A stretch of 64,000 bases of DNA from NCBI GenBank assembly GCA_963772835.1, contig CAVYYZ010000005.1, positions 1 through 64,000 on the forward strand, read 5' to 3'. The stretch comes from an uncultured delta proteobacterium (lineage in GTDB: Bacteria; Desulfobacterota; Desulfuromonadia; Geobacterales; Pseudopelobacteraceae). Shown piece after piece: positions 37,202 to 47,824 of the stretch (positions within the stretch are counted from its first letter, which is position 1; each line of letters starts with the position of its first letter). A model generated the notes under the pieces. The model worked only from the letters and a program-made list of their open reading frames with translations. It was not told the origin of the DNA and did no database searches. Made by a program: the position numbers and the translations under genes.

Positions 37202-37345
37202 GCAACTAGTGTGCCAGAGAAGAATTGATGCACACTCGCAGCACAACTGACTGATTTTTAATGGCAAACAGTCGATGGCGTGCAGACTGATTGAATATCT
37301 GCCAGCGCAATCCGTTAATTACGGCACATCTGTCAAATATGACAG
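37202..37345 (-). promoter_or_regulatory. sigma54 promoter cassette (divergent pair, left)
   Basis: TGGCAC-ACTAG-TTGC at 37216..37202; IHF site 37244-37256; palindromes 37312-37327 and CTGTCAAATATGACAG 37330-37345. Confidence 0.88.
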
Positions 37346-37457
37346 CTATGCCGGTGGCTTTTCCGACAGCGCCACCCCTCCTCCGCCGTATCACCCCTTG
37401 CGCCCCGCCACCTGAGCCCCATTACCGGCCGCAGACCGTCCTTGGCATGTTACTGGC
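37312..37457 (+). promoter_or_regulatory. sigma54 promoter (divergent pair, right) for the GH13 gene
   Basis: TGGCAT-GTTAC-TGGC at 37443-37457, 131 bp from the outer edge of the shared palindromes. Confidence 0.7.
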
Positions 37458-37560
37458 ACATACCATAACAATTCATCAGGAAAAAATGTGCCGTACCATG
37501 CTGACCGATATGGCGCAGGATCATGCCGGGGTCTGCGGGTTGAAACGCGGAGGAGTCACC

Positions 37561-39356
37561 ATGAGCGATACAGTAAAAATCGAGGGGATGGGGGCGGTCC
37601 TGCATGCGGGCGGAGTCGCATTCCGCGTCTGGGCACCCCATGCAGAACGGGTATCGGTCATCGGATCATTCAACGGCTGGGACAGCAGCAAGCATCCCCT
37701 GCAATCCGAGGAAAACGGCTACTGGTACGCCGATGTCGCAGAGGCCTGTGTCGGCGATCAGTACAAATTTCAATTGACGACAACATACGGCGAGTTCAAG
37801 CGCATCGACCCGTATGCCCGCGAGGTCACCAGTTCGGTCGGCAACGCCATCGTGCACGACCCGTTCTTCGACTGGGGTGGTGACGACTTCACTCTCGCAC
37901 CATGGAACGAACTCGTCATCTACGAACTGCACGTCGGCACGTTCAACGATCAGGATGACCTCAACCATCCGGGCACGTTCCCCTCGGTGTCGGCGCGTCT
38001 GGGGCATCTGAAGAAGCTCGGCGTCAATGCGATCCAGATCATGCCGGTCGGTGAGTTTGCCGGCGACCGGTCATGGGGATACAACCCTGCCCATATCTTC
38101 TCGGTCGAACTCGCGTATGGAGGCCCGCTGGCATTTAAAACTTTCGTCAAACGGGCCCATCAGGAGGGGATCGCGGTGATTCTGGACGTTGTGTATAATC
38201 ACCTGGGGCCGAGCGACCTCGACCTGTGGCAGTTTGACGGCTGGAGCGAAAACAATCGCGGCGGCATCTACTTCTACAACGACGAACGGGCCGTCACGCC
38301 GTGGGGAGAGACCCGGCCCGATTACGGCCGCGGCGAGGTCCGTCAGTATCCTCCTCGATAATGTCATGATGTGGCTGGAGGAATACCACATTGACGGCAT
38401 CCGCTTTGACTGCACCCAGTTCATTCGCACTATCAACGGATCCGGCACACCGGATATTCCTGATGGGTGGAGTCTGCTGCAGTGGATCAACAGCCAGGTC
38501 GCACAGAAATACCCGGGTCGGATCACCATCGCTGAGGATCTGCAACACAACCGGTGGCTGACCAGGGACGCAGGTGCCGGGGGAGCCGGGTTCAGCAGTC
38601 AGTGGGACGCCATGTTCGTCCACCCCATCCGCCTGGCGGTGACCACTTCACGGGACGAGGACCGCTCAATCGCGGCCGTTCGTGACGCCATCTGTTATCG
38701 CTACAACGATGACGCCTTTGACCGGGTCATCTACAGTGAATCACACGATGAGGTGGCCAACGGCAAAGAACGTGTACCGCAGGAGATCAGCCCCGACGAC
38801 CCCACGGGGTGGTATGCACGGAAACGTTCGACACTGGCCGCCGCCATGGTTTTCACGTCACCGGGTATCCCCATGCTGTTTCAGGGTCAGGAGTTTCTTG
38901 AAGGTGGCTGGTTCCGCGACACGGTCCCTGTTGATTGGGACAATAACGACGAATTCCATGGCATCGTCCGCCTGTATCGCGATCTGATCCGGCTACGACG
39001 AAATCAGGGCCGTGTCACACGCGGGCTGAGCGGACAGTTTACCCAGGTGTATCACGTGAACGAGGCACGCAAGGTCATCGCTTTCCACCGTTGGGACACC
39101 GGCGGATCCGGCGGACGACGTTGTGGTCGTTGCCAATTTCCTCCACCGGCCGCAGGAGGGCTACGTAATCGGTTTTCCGACCGCCGGGGCATGGAAGCTC
39201 CGTTTCAACAGTGACTGGCAGGGCTACAGTGACGACTTTCAGAGTCATCCAAGCAGCGACATCACTGCCGAACCGGGCGAGTATGACGCCCTACCCTTCC
39301 ACGCTCCACTGTCTATAGGCCCCTACAGCGTGCTGATCTTTTCGCAAGACCAGTAG
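37561..39356 (+). pseudogene. GH13 glycogen-active enzyme (CBM48 + catalytic; GlgB/TreZ-like) with two frameshifts
   Basis: FRVWAPHA, YELHVGTF, SWGYNP and ILDVVYNH in ORF1; DGIRFD, IAED, ESHDE and PMLFQGQEF in ORF2; VVANF..NSD tail in ORF3; breaks near 38350 and 39107. Confidence 0.8.
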
Positions 39357-39480
39357 ATACACGGCATCAGCCCCCTGCCGGTATTCGATCAAAGGGCACC
39401 GGAAGAAATCGCGATCGGTCATGGTCCCGTCAAAATCGCCTGCCGGTACCTTGTTCCGTATCCGCATCATCTCCTCCCCC

Positions 39481-42400
39481 CTAAGAAGCAGAATCTTGCG
39501 CGTTTTCCTGCAGATAATCTATCATCGGCCGGGTAATGAGCGGCACCAGGTCAGCGACCATGTGCGGCATGAGCCGGTCCATGATCACGGGCATGAGATC
39601 CGGCATCTGCTCGCGCATGTATGCCGGCATCTCGATCTGCTCTTCGACCCTGGCGAGCATGATCGCCAGAACCTTGGGCAGCATCAGCGGCAGCAGGCGC
39701 GGGAAGAGCAGCGGGTAGATCGGCCGCATCAGACCCAGCGCCCCGGGAACTTTGCCCAGCATGCGCATCATCGGCCCCGTGCCATAGGGCATGGCATCGA
39801 TCAACTCCGGCCACATCGTACTCATCAGGTCGGCAAACCCCTGCGGGGTCAACAGCTTGATGAAGGCGTCGAAGACCGCCCACTGCTTCATGACCTCAGG
39901 GTTCGGGTCGGGGAAGGTATAGCCGAAGCTGGCAGCGGCAAAGTGTGCCAGGTCCTGGACCTCAATCGGCAGCCCTTTCTTGTCCGCCGTCACCCTCAGC
40001 TGCACCTGGCAGCAGGGGCAAAGCGACAGGATCTTCTCGGCCCCGACCGCCAGGGCCTCATCGAGCTTCACCTTGCCGATGTCGGCAGCCACTGCCGGCT
40101 CCTTGAGCAGGGTAAGGACGCTGGCGCAGCAGTAGGCCCGCTCGCGGTTGTGGTCCATCTCCACGAGTTTGACGTTGGGGATGGCCTGGATCAGATCGCG
40201 CGGCGGCTCGAAAATCCCGGAGGCGCGGCCGATATGGCAGGAGTCGTGCCAGGTGACAGTAACCGGCTTGCCACCCTCGGGAAATAGGAACTCCCCGGCC
40301 TTGATCTGCTCGGCCAGGATTTCACTGTAATGACGGGTCTTGATCTGGTAGTCGATACCCAGCTTTCGCGCACCACTCGGGGTAGTACTGGCGCCACATC
40401 AGGTCGCAGGCCGGGCAGGAGGTGATGACCGTATCCGCGCCGGCCTTCTTCACCAGCTCGATGTTGCTCCGCATGATCCGGGCAAAATCGTCCCAGAGCC
40501 CGGCGACGAGCATCGGTGTGCCGCAGCAGTTTTCCTCTTCGCCGAGATGGACGAAATCCACACCGGCCTTGTCCAGCAGACGCACCGTGGCCTGCCCGAT
40601 GTCATGCTCCACGTAGCTCGCTGTGCAGCCGGCGAAGTAGACGTTTTTGCCCTTGCCGCCGAGCGGGTGCGCGCTCTTCAGATCTTCCGGATACCAGTCC
40701 AGGCGGTCCTTACGGTAGCCGGCCCAGATGTTCCCCTGGGACTTGAGCGCCGCGGCCATCATCTCGAAGGGGGGGAAGGTCATGCGCTGCTGCTCGTTGA
40801 TCAGCAGGCCGCGCAGCTTCATCCACGAGGGCTCGATGGGCAGATTGGTGGAGCAGCGGGTATTGCACATCTCGCAGGTGGTGCAGACCAGGAAGGTATC
40901 CACCATCTGCTGGTCCCACTGCTCACGTCCGGCCATGTACTCCCGCAGCCAGTACCACTTGCCCCGCGGACTCTGGCTCTCCCAGCCGCGGCCGTAGAAC
41001 TGGTCGCACTCCTCAACGCAGTAACCGCACTGGGAACAGGTGTAGGCATACCAGGCCACATCAGCCGGGATTGTCCGCACCGGTTCTGTCGGCTGGTCAC
41101 CGATCCTGCTGCTGGCATGGTTCCCCAGGGGGCGGATGAGCGGTTCAATGGCCGCTGCCAGGGTGAGGGCGCTCGCCATGAGCCCCCCCTGCATCACCTT
41201 GCCCGGATTGAGAATATTGTCCGGATCCATACCGGATTTGAATGTTGTCATGCGCCTCAGCCGATCCTTTCCCAGGATCAGGCCGGCCTTGCCGGCGAAG
41301 TACAGCCCGGTGGCATAGGGTCTGCCGCCGTTCTTCTCCGCGATCTTCATGATGGTCAGCGACAGGATAAAAATGAAATTATACGAAAACTTGCGCTGGT
41401 CGCTGGGGATGAAACCCAGTATGGCCACTTCCGGCATGCCGCCGGCGCCCTGTCGGATGACCAGCCCCTCTTTGACGACCGGTTGGCTGACCTTGCGTTC
41501 CACTTCGGCCAGCATCGCCCCGAGAGACGCAAGCGGAATGACAACTTCGGCCGGGACGAGGCTCGGGCCAAGGCGTTTGACAACCATGATCTTGAAACGG
41601 TCGGCCCACTCATGATGGGCGATTGTGTCCGACAGGAGCTCCGCCTGACACCCCTTGATCAAACCGGGGAGGAGTTCATCGATACGCCGGCGCTCCTTCT
41701 CCCGGAAGGCAAGCGTCATGACATAGGAGGCCGGCAGCAGCACCCGTTCTCGTACGGCGTGCCCGGCATGCTCCCGCAGAGGGGCGAGATTTTTCATCTC
41801 CGCCATGCGCGGGCTGATAAAACTTATGGACCAGATCGGCAGTTCCGCCTTGACTATCAACTCCAGCAAATGCTGCAGGTCATAGGCATCGGCACAGCCG
41901 ATCGATATCACGCCCAGCTCTTCCAGAGGCATGACCTTGACCGTCACCTCACTGATCAGCCCGGTGGTGCCTTCGGCCTCGGACATGAGATCCAGGTCCG
42001 ATCCCGAAAATTCCTGTACCGAGCCGTCGGCCAGCACCCCCCGGGCATGAACAACGTTGTCCCGGAACCAGCCCGACTCATACGAACCGAACCCCGCCCC
42101 GCCCTGGGCCAACCAGCCTCCGACGGTGGAAGCGGGATAGCTGGAAGGATAGAGCCGCAGCGTCAGCCCCTGTTTGGCCAGCTCCAGGTCGAGCTTCTCC
42201 CAGCAGATTCCGGGCTGAACCCTGACTGTGAGGGTCTGCGCGTTTATCTCCAGGAGCTTGCCCAGGTGGAAGAAATCCACGACCAGGCCACCCTTCACCG
42301 GCAGGACCCCGCCGTAGCCCGATGTGGCCCGACCACGGGGGGTCAGAGGTATGCGTTTTTCCTGCGCCCAGCGCACGAGCGTCACCAGTTCAACTTCTGT

Positions 42401-42571
42401 GGCCGGCTGGACGACAGCGTCAGGGACGGTCGAGCCGACCAGCGGTTTGACCAGACTGGGGATCTCTGCTGTATCGTGTCCGTAGAGCGTACGTTCCCGG
42501 CGGTCGAAGGAGACACGGGTCCCGAAAAGTCCTTCCAGGAATGTCTTATCAGTGGCTTGCAAAGCGGTCAT
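39481..42571 (-). pseudogene. FAD-binding/Fe-S/CCG-domain oxidoreductase (GlcD-GlcF / D-lactate dehydrogenase-like) with one frameshift
   Basis: PRGRATSGYGG, STVGGWLA, SEAEGTTG and DPDNILNPGK motifs; CxxCxxCxxxC x2; CCG domain. After ~40365 it continues in another frame as KLGIDYQIKTRHYSE..WHDSCHIGR..CCASV. Confidence 0.8.
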
Positions 42572-42836
42572 TGCTACTCCATATTAACGGTAGAGACTTG
42601 GTGATTGAGCACGTATGGATTACAACCACCGCAGGCCCCGGCAACACAATCATGACCACCACGATAATCAAGGCTGTAAAGTCTGCCACTATTTTCATCA
42701 AACGCCTGGCATGTCCAAACGTACTCATGATGAAATGTTCACGATGCAGTCCCTTACTCAGCCGGATATTGAATGGAATCATGGATGAAACACTACGTAA
42801 CGGCCCTTATCCCAAACCTGTAGCATTGATAGATTT

Positions 42837-43079
42837 CTATTTGTCGCAGCTGCTCTTGGTCCAGGTGTGCTGACTTTTTTCGGCTTCCCCCGTCATCGTT
42901 CTGGATTGGGTTACGATAGAGCGCAGCTTTTGCGGGTTCATTCCCGCAATTCTTGATAACCCTTTTTCTTCAGCAGCGGCAACCTTGGCAATTGTGTCAT
43001 AGCTGGATTCTACCAGGCGCTGAGATAGGACTGCTCCTATGCCTTTGAGTTTCTGAAGCTCTTTCAAGTGACTTTTCAT
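42837..43079 (-). CDS. small helix-hairpin-helix protein
   Basis: LQKLKGIGAVLSQRL..LSRIAGMN; SD GGAGG. Confidence 0.75.
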   Translation of the reverse strand: MKSHLKELQKLKGIGAVLSQRLVESSYDTIAKVAAAEEKGLSRIAGMNPQKLRSIVTQSRTMTGEAEKSQHTWTKSSCDK

Positions 43080-43242
43080 AATATCCTCCCCGGGTTATGC
43101 CACCATCTTCGCGTCCATGGTGACGGTTGTGTTTAAAAGCCGCGACATTACATGGCCCCTGCCTCATCATTTTTTGCGGTTGCTCGTTGCCTTTTGGAGC
43201 ATGGGTGCGGCGTACTCTGTCAGACTGCACACTCCACGAATT

Positions 43243-43392
43243 CTAAACGGATCGCCGCCCTTGAATAACGTTTACCAGCACCATTATAATAGCTATTACG
43301 AGCAGAATATGGATCAGACCACCCATGGTATATGAAGAAACCATTCCTAACAGCCAAAGCACTATCAGTATTACGCAAATTGTCCACAGCAT
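43243..43392 (-). CDS. lmo0937-family small membrane protein (49 aa, absent from the ORF track)
   Basis: MLWTICVILIVLWLLGMVSSYTMGGLIHILLVIAIIMVLVNVIQGRRSV; SD AAGGGGG. Confidence 0.9.
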   Translation of the reverse strand: MLWTICVILIVLWLLGMVSSYTMGGLIHILLVIAIIMVLVNVIQGRRSV

Positions 43393-43540
43393 AGCATCCC
43401 CCTTTTATATCCTTGATTTGATACCGGTTTATTACCTTTTTCGCTCCGCTACTTCTCAAAAACCTTTTCAACCTGCACTACTTGAGGACCTGATCTTTGA
43501 TGTTCGTACATCTTAGTGTTGTGCGTCAGAGTAGGTTTAG

Positions 43541-43686
43541 GCAACTTGTGTGCCAGTGGGAATCTGAGGGTAGCATGACTTGCAAGCTACTGATTATGCG
43601 GGATTTAGATATCGACGACGTGCGGGGAGAGGAAAAAACCGTCAATCGTATACTTTCAAATTGAACATAACTGTTATATGTGACGG
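43541..43686 (-). promoter_or_regulatory. sigma54 promoter cassette for the lmo0937-like and HhH genes
   Basis: TGGCAC-ACAAG-TTGC at 43555..43541; IHF site 43583-43595; CTGTTATATGTGACGG 43671-43686. Confidence 0.88.
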
Positions 43687-43699
43687 GAGAGCATGCCGG

Positions 43700-43999
43700 T
43701 TACCATGGATGCATGAATTCAAGCCATGCTGCTGGTTTTTGAGAATTGTTTACCGTATTTTCCTTCACAGCGGCAACCACCGTGTCAATCCCGTCCTTAA
43801 TCCCGCTGACCTGCGGATGCACTTCCTTGATGAGGTCATGTTCGAACTTTGAGAGCTTTTCGATGCGTTTGCCTCCCGAGTGCAGTAGAGTTAACAAGGT
43901 ATTCTGTTTGGCTGAAATCCGATGCATCCGCCAAAAACAGGCAACCCACCAAATGGAACCAGCCAATGTCAACCAGAAAGCGATGCCGGATTTATCCAT
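43700..43999 (-). CDS. small single-TM coiled-coil protein
   Basis: MDKSGIAFWLTLAGSIWWVACFWRMH; SD GGAG; has its own sigma54 promoter. Confidence 0.65.
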   Translation of the reverse strand: MDKSGIAFWLTLAGSIWWVACFWRMHRISAKQNTLLTLLHSGGKRIEKLSKFEHDLIKEVHPQVSGIKDGIDTVVAAVKENTVNNSQKPAAWLEFMHPW

Positions 44000-44080
44000 C
44001 ACCAATAACTCCAAATGTTATCTGTTAACCGAGAGGCTTTCAGTTAGTGAAATTGCATCCCTTTCAAAGCATTGTTCAGA

Positions 44081-44095
44081 GCAACGAGAGTGCCA
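44081..44095 (-). promoter_or_regulatory. sigma54 -24/-12 element (no adjacent enhancer seen)
   Basis: TGGCAC-TCTCG-TTGC, identical to the element at 49993..50007. Confidence 0.75.
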
Positions 44096-44126
44096 GAAAA
44101 AAATACTATGAATGAGGAGCTTTCGT

Positions 44127-44576
44127 TTATTCGGTTTTCAAGTATAAATCCCCCTTGCCTAATTCGGGATGTCCCGTATCACCCACCCCTTGTCGGAGTT
44201 CCGCTCGGGCTTGCTTGGCAAGATTCAAGTAATCAACTCGAATGAGATCGAGATCAGTATCCTCCAAATCCTCCAGGTCCAACAGAGCATTATGTGCCCC
44301 GTCTATGGAGCGGATAATTTCGTCCAGCTTGACTTGCAGCGCCTCAGAATCGCGGTTCTGCGTATTCTGAATAAGGAACACCATCAAGAACGTGACTATC
44401 GTGGTTCCAGTGTTGATAACGAGCTGCCAGGTATCACTGAAACGGAATAGCGGGCCGGTCACTATCCACACCAAAATGATCGTACCTGCAAGCGCAAACG
44501 CTAAAGGGCGACCTGTCGCACGAGATATTGCTTTGGCAAAAAGGGTAAACCAGGATGAAGACTTTGTAGGTTTCAT
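44127..44576 (-). CDS. low-affinity iron permease (Fet4) family protein
   Basis: GPLFRFSDTWQLVINTGTTIVTFLMVFLIQNTQNRD..LQVKLDE. Confidence 0.92.
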   Translation of the reverse strand: MKPTKSSSWFTLFAKAISRATGRPLAFALAGTIILVWIVTGPLFRFSDTWQLVINTGTTIVTFLMVFLIQNTQNRDSEALQVKLDEIIRSIDGAHNALLDLEDLEDTDLDLIRVDYLNLAKQARAELRQGVGDTGHPELGKGDLYLKTE

Positions 44577-44619
44577 GAGATGACTCCATGTTTGATCGGC
44601 CTGTTATTATTTCCAGTTT

Positions 44620-45762
44620 TCAAAATTGATCCCGCGAACTTGCCAGACAGAGGGCCGCATAGATTCTGGCGGCGGCCGACACTTCCGCAAAGTCCACCCG
44701 TTCATCCGGTGTATGGGCAGTTTCCAGGGAGCCGGGGCCGAGGATCAGCGGCCTGACCCCTGCCGCAAAAAACAGGTTGCCGTCGGAATGGGAGCGGAAG
44801 GCATTCATCTGTAACGGCAGGTCAAGCCGCGGATAGACCTCCTGTAAGGTATGCGCCAGATGGTTATCGGTGCCAAGAGTGTAGCCGGAGGAGGCAAAAT
44901 CGAAGGATACTTCCAGATCCAGTCCGGGAATCTGCCGGTCAAGATTCGCCACGATCGTGCGGATCGCATCCTGAAGGACGACCGGGTCACGATCGGGGGG
45001 CAGATGCAGATCTATCCAGGCCTCACAACGGTCGGGAACGACGAAACCTGCCTGCGACGATTTCATTTCCCTGATGGAATAGACAATCTCCGATCTGGCC
45101 CGGTCGAACAGAGGGTCGTTACCCAGATGCAGCAGCACACGCAGCATCGACTCAACTGCATTATGCCCCAGTTCGGGGAGCGAGGAATGGCTTTGCAGCC
45201 CGCGTGTGACGAAACCGGCTTCCAGGTAGCCGTAATGGGCAAATCCGGCCGCCAGACCGGTCGGTTCGCCGATGACCACCCAGGGTGGTCGGCAGGACTG
45301 GAGAAAGACCGCGCTGCCGTCGCCGTTTTCTTCCTCCCCCACAACCAGCAGCAGCCCGATTGATGGCCGCTCCGCAGGTTCCAGCGCCTCGGCCAGTGCC
45401 AGCCAGGCCTCGACCATGGCAGCACACCCGCCTTTCATATCGGCACTCCCCAGGCCGCAGATCATGCCGTCTTCCTGCCGAGGTCCGGAATCATCCAGAT
45501 CCCAGGCGGGAACGGTATCAACATGTCCCACCAGATAGAACTGCGGCTCTCCGGGACCCATGGTGACGCGCAGGTTATAACGCTCCTCGTCCACCTCCTG
45601 CCGTTCAACATGGCACCCTGCCCGGATGAGGAGTTCTTCCAGATGCAGCTGAATATCCTCCTCCTTGCCGGAGGGCGAATATATATCAAGAAGATCACGG
45701 AATGTACTTTTGAGACGATCCGGATTGATGGCCCGCCAGACCTTCTCCAGGCGGGCGCTCAT
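44620..45762 (-). CDS. M20/M25/M40 metallohydrolase (ArgE/DapE-like)
   Basis: GHVDTVP, GLGSADMKGG, GEEE, IGEPT and AHTPDE motifs. Confidence 0.9.
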   Translation of the reverse strand: MSARLEKVWRAINPDRLKSTFRDLLDIYSPSGKEEDIQLHLEELLIRAGCHVERQEVDEERYNLRVTMGPGEPQFYLVGHVDTVPAWDLDDSGPRQEDGMICGLGSADMKGGCAAMVEAWLALAEALEPAERPSIGLLLVVGEEENGDGSAVFLQSCRPPWVVIGEPTGLAAGFAHYGYLEAGFVTRGLQSHSSLPELGHNAVESMLRVLLHLGNDPLFDRARSEIVYSIREMKSSQAGFVVPDRCEAWIDLHLPPDRDPVVLQDAIRTIVANLDRQIPGLDLEVSFDFASSGYTLGTDNHLAHTLQEVYPRLDLPLQMNAFRSHSDGNLFFAAGVRPLILGPGSLETAHTPDERVDFAEVSAAARIYAALCLASSRDQF

Positions 45763-46271
45763 GATTTTTTCCCGGTTTTTTTTCTATTCTTGCGCGTCAG
45801 GTTGAGCGACATGTAGACATGTTCCTGGACATCGCCGAATCCCTGTTTTTCAAAAAAGCGGACCGCCGGATGGTTGTCTGCGGAGGTGTCAATGATCATC
45901 ATCCTGACCCCCTGCTCTTTCATGCGATGTTTGATCTCCTTGAACAGACCGCTGCCCACCCCGCCCTGTTGAATATCACTCCGGACTCCCACCCAGACGA
46001 GATAGCCGTATTTCCAGGGGGAGTTGTGTTTCGTGACCGTTGTCCCGAGGGCAAATCCGAGAATAGCTCCCCCCGCCTCTGCCACCAGACAGAGTTCACT
46101 GTCAGAATTATAGAGGGTGGTGATCTCATATTCGTCCCAGGTACGGTACAGACTTTGAAATGATTCGGCGGTGAAGACCTCTTCGCCGATATGAAAGACC
46201 ATGGAAAAATCATCTATGGTCATCTGCCGGATGCGGAGCGTCTCTTTGCCTGCCGGTGCTGGTTCAGTCAT
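45759..46271 (-). CDS. GNAT N-acetyltransferase
   Basis: VGVRSDIQQGGVGSGL..NHPAVRFFEKQGF; overlaps the M20 start (ATGA). Confidence 0.9.
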   Translation of the reverse strand: MTEPAPAGKETLRIRQMTIDDFSMVFHIGEEVFTAESFQSLYRTWDEYEITTLYNSDSELCLVAEAGGAILGFALGTTVTKHNSPWKYGYLVWVGVRSDIQQGGVGSGLFKEIKHRMKEQGVRMMIIDTSADNHPAVRFFEKQGFGDVQEHVYMSLNLTRKNRKKTGKKS

Positions 46272-46311
46272 GATGTCACCTCAGTGGAAATAGTAATGAT
46301 TGTAGTGCCTA

Positions 46312-46326
46312 GCATAAAAAGTGCCA
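46312..46326 (-). promoter_or_regulatory. sigma54 -24/-12 element for the GNAT-M20-Fet4 operon
   Basis: TGGCAC-TTTTT-ATGC, 41 bp upstream of the ATG. Confidence 0.75.
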
Positions 46327-46412
46327 CGAACGGCGGTCAGGCTGTTTTATCGATTATACACCAATCCTGCCGGTTCTTTACAATGCCGGAATTTATTCAT
46401 AAAAAAACGGTT

Positions 46413-46564
46413 AACCGCCGATGAACGCAGATACACGCCGATAAATCAAAGGCTTGGAGAAAAAATGGTTTAACCCAAAAGGTGCATCTATTTTTTGAAG
46501 TAAGTTCTGGTTTTATCGGCGTGTATCCGTTTTTTTCGGCGGCTAACTGCCGTTTACAGGTTTA
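46413..46564. repeat. extragenic palindromic element with tandem 10-mer inverted arms
   Basis: AACCGCCGATGAACGCAGATACACGCCGATAAA ... TTTATCGGCGTGTATCCGTTTTTTTCGGCGGCT. Confidence 0.7.
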
Positions 46565-46591
46565 TTCTTCAGTCGACCTGCGAAGGCTGCG

Positions 46592-46737
46592 CCGCCACAT
46601 ATGACGGTTTCGTCAACCTTGACGGAAGATAATAACGGTTTTTACGCCTGACCGGTTCGATCTTATACTTTTTTACGCAGTACAATCAGTCGGTTACATC
46701 GAAAAAAGTAATTTAATGTATTTGGCATGTTAGTTGA
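46592..46737 (+). promoter_or_regulatory. sigma54 promoter cassette for the HgtR-like gene
   Basis: CCGCCACATATGACGG 46592-46607 and second palindrome 46610-46625; IHF site 46684-46696; TGGCAT-GTTAG-TTGA at 46723-46737. Confidence 0.8.
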
Positions 46738-46875
46738 TAGTATGAAGATGCTTCACTTCGCCAGGGGCTGCTTCACCTCCCATGGGCCCCTGGCCTTTTT
46801 TTCATTCAGACATCTACATGATACAGCAGATGAGTGCTGCACCAATATATTTTCTGCATTTGGAGGATCAGTCCC

Positions 46876-47061
46876 ATGTCTATTATAAAGGGAAATCCCA
46901 GATACAATGTCATCTCCATGCGAATCAGCGAAGCAGAGCGGAGAGTTCTTGAAAAGCTTGTTCAGAAAAGCCACAAAAACGTTTCACGTATCATGCGCGA
47001 TGCATTTGAATATTTCGCCGCCAGTCTCGAACTTCCAAAAGCCGGCGGCACCGCAATGTAG
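46876..47061 (+). CDS. HgtR-like ribbon-helix-helix repressor
   Basis: NPRYNVISMRISEAER..SxIMRDA matches the Geobacter HgtR family as I recall it; SD GGAGG. Confidence 0.75.
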   Translation: MSIIKGNPRYNVISMRISEAERRVLEKLVQKSHKNVSRIMRDAFEYFAASLELPKAGGTAM

Positions 47062-47127
47062 CGCGGAACTGCACCAGTATCAGCAGATAATCGTGAGTGC
47101 CATTATTTATACATGGAGGTCAGAAAC

Positions 47128-47304
47128 ATGAGCCACGACAACAGGAAACAGAGGGAAAAGTATCCGGGCACCGGCAATCACAAGGGGCATGATGCGGAAG
47201 TGGAGCACGGCAAAGTACCTGCCCACGCCAGGAAGCCCCTGCCGGAACCGGTTCCCGTAACGGCCGGCTCAGCAAAAACAAGCTGTCACCGATGGGAACA
47301 TTGA
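47128..47304 (+). CDS. small hydrophilic hypothetical protein
   Basis: SD GGAGGT before MSHDNRKQ. Confidence 0.5.
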   Translation: MSHDNRKQREKYPGTGNHKGHDAEVEHGKVPAHARKPLPEPVPVTAGSAKTSCHRWEH

Positions 47305-47824
47305 AGTATATACTTCATTTCGCAGGGCCATTCATACGGGGTCATTGTCCGCTCTGAGCCCTCCCCCGCTGCCGTTCCTCCGGGATTCTCATGTCCAGAC
47401 AAAAACTGTTCCTCGGTGCCGACGGACTTCTCGGGATTCTGCCGCTTTTCTGCGAAGAGGTCCTGCCGGTTATCATGAATAGGCTATCATGCAGCATTAT
47501 CCGCACATCCCCCACCCGCTACAACGTCACCGACATCACCGAGCAGACACAACCGAGAGGCAAAACCTCCTTCGGTGGGTCCTCCTCAGGTCGCCATTGA
47601 AAATAGTGTCCGGCTTACCTCCAGCAATCACGATTGTTTTTTTCGGTAATACCCGGGAAAGAGACCTGGTCGGTCAGCCATACTATCGCGCAGCAAGCGC
47701 TTCCACGTTGTCCTGATGCTCCTTCAATACTGGCAGGACCCCATCCAGACCATGATACCGCACAGGCACTCCACCATACCCTGCACGTACATACTGCAGC
47801 AGTTTAATAAACGCCGACATCGAG

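Noticed and set aside
40547..42604. 685-aa plus-strand ORF
   Set aside because: It is an antisense shadow of the GC-rich FAD/Fe-S oxidoreductase and has no recognisable motifs.
42549..42782. 77-aa minus-strand ORF upstream of the oxidoreductase
   Set aside because: It has no clear SD or family motif and overlaps the next gene start, so it cannot be supported.
47330..47800. Short ORFs, one with a PAS-like ending (YNVTDITE)
   Set aside because: Too short and degenerate to assign.
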